Shown piece by piece: positions 63,023 through 64,000 of a stretch of 64,000 nucleotides of DNA (position 1 is the stretch's first letter; each line of letters starts with the position of its first letter). A program made the translations under genes and the position numbers. This DNA is from Malacoraja senta. Taxonomy: Eukaryota. Location: positions 11,534,001-11,598,000 of the forward strand of contig CM075991.1 of the NCBI GenBank assembly GCA_038087875.1, given 5' to 3'. The notes under the pieces were generated by a model. It made no database searches. It worked only from the letters and a program-made list of their open reading frames with translations, and had not been told where the DNA came from.

Positions 63023-64000
63023 CAGGGGACAACCCCCCCCCCCCCACTGTTATGTTTGCCCCTGGCTCACCAATGACCGATACAATGCTGTTCCAGCCAG
63101 CTATCCATTCTATCCAGCTGAACACAACAGCAGTCTTCATTTAAACAGACTTTTGAACATTTGTCAGACACTGTTGGACACTGTCGGACACTGTTCTCTG
63201 GTTGTAGTGGGATCTAGTTGTTCCTCAGGGCCAGACCACAGCTCTTCCAACCGAGAGAGTAAAATGACAGAGGGAGAAGTAATTGAAAACACCCAGGCAT
63301 TTTATAAATCCCCCATGTCAGTGACTTTCAGCTCCCTCACAGAGATGCGTGGATTTGCCAAGTTATGGATTCAGCTTTAAATAACAGTCAGTACAAATAT
63401 CATAAATTTTAATGCTGCCTTTGAGAAAGTTTTTTTCCGCAAGGCTGCTGGGCTGGAGGTAGATGTTTTTTCAGTCGGGGCAGATGTTTGTACTCAGTCT
63501 GTACCTGACGTGGTGCTTTTGTGATGGCAATCAGTGCATTTATGTGGAGCAAAAGCCTCATAAAAATGTCAGCACTTGAATTACATGATACCATATTTCA
63601 CTATTTTCTATTTTAGTACAATGAGTTACAGCGGCAGAAATGTGTCCCCATTAAAGGTGATTTGATATATTTTCTGCCTTGTTTAGAAGGACATCCATCT
63701 CCTAAGTAATAAAGAAAGTTGGCCTCCATTATTCTTTCTCTCTCCCCCTCCTGTCCGCGGTAATTTATTGCCTTGCAGTCTCTGGGCAGACTTGCACAGC
63801 AAGCAACTAAATAACCTCTAGAAGGTTTGCAATGTGCCGCCTGCTACAGTGTCTGTGCGTTGGGTGTATCGATTGCAGCCGTCTGTAGGAGGGCGGAGAG
63901 GGGGGCAGGGGAGAGTGGAGAGTGTGATCTATTAACTGCTCGGTGAAAGGAATGGCTCGCTACACGCACAGCCTAATGAATCCTGCTCCTCTCACTCTGC

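Noticed and set aside
60784..63380. 786-aa and 846-aa ORFs
   Set aside because: They are translations of a stop-free satellite, open in several frames, with no real ATG start or domain.

Overview
Repeat-rich vertebrate genomic DNA. The repeat content (CR1 LINE 3' ends, tRNA-derived V-SINE/HE1-like SINEs, Penelope pieces) points to a cartilaginous fish, probably a skate or ray (inference). There is one 200-N gap. The only host gene I can support is absent from the ORF track. It is the first two small coding exons (32 and 37 nt, minus strand, 18850-18881 and 18652-18688) of an FGF8-subfamily gene (FGF8/17/18/24), encoding the signal peptide MHPLRPQCIYLCLQFILLCFHAQ. Positions 1-18651 appear to be its intron 2. 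The ~45 kb upstream has no recognisable exons but holds many repeat-free, motif-rich islands that look like enhancers. The most striking non-gene feature is a very abundant short element (about 40 copies by manual count) carrying a minimal hammerhead-ribozyme core (CTGAAGA-A-stem II-GAAACGT[C/T]). It is joined to a Penelope GIY-YIG 3' end at 54.9-55.4 kb, occurs as palindromic units with 11-17 bp target-site duplications, and is repeatedly expanded into 44-bp tandem arrays. Also present: Harbinger-type MITEs, L1/Tx1, Rex1/Babar-like and L2-like fragments, nested insertions, and several mini/microsatellites including a 2.45-kb variant-unit satellite. All family assignments come from motif recognition, not database searches.
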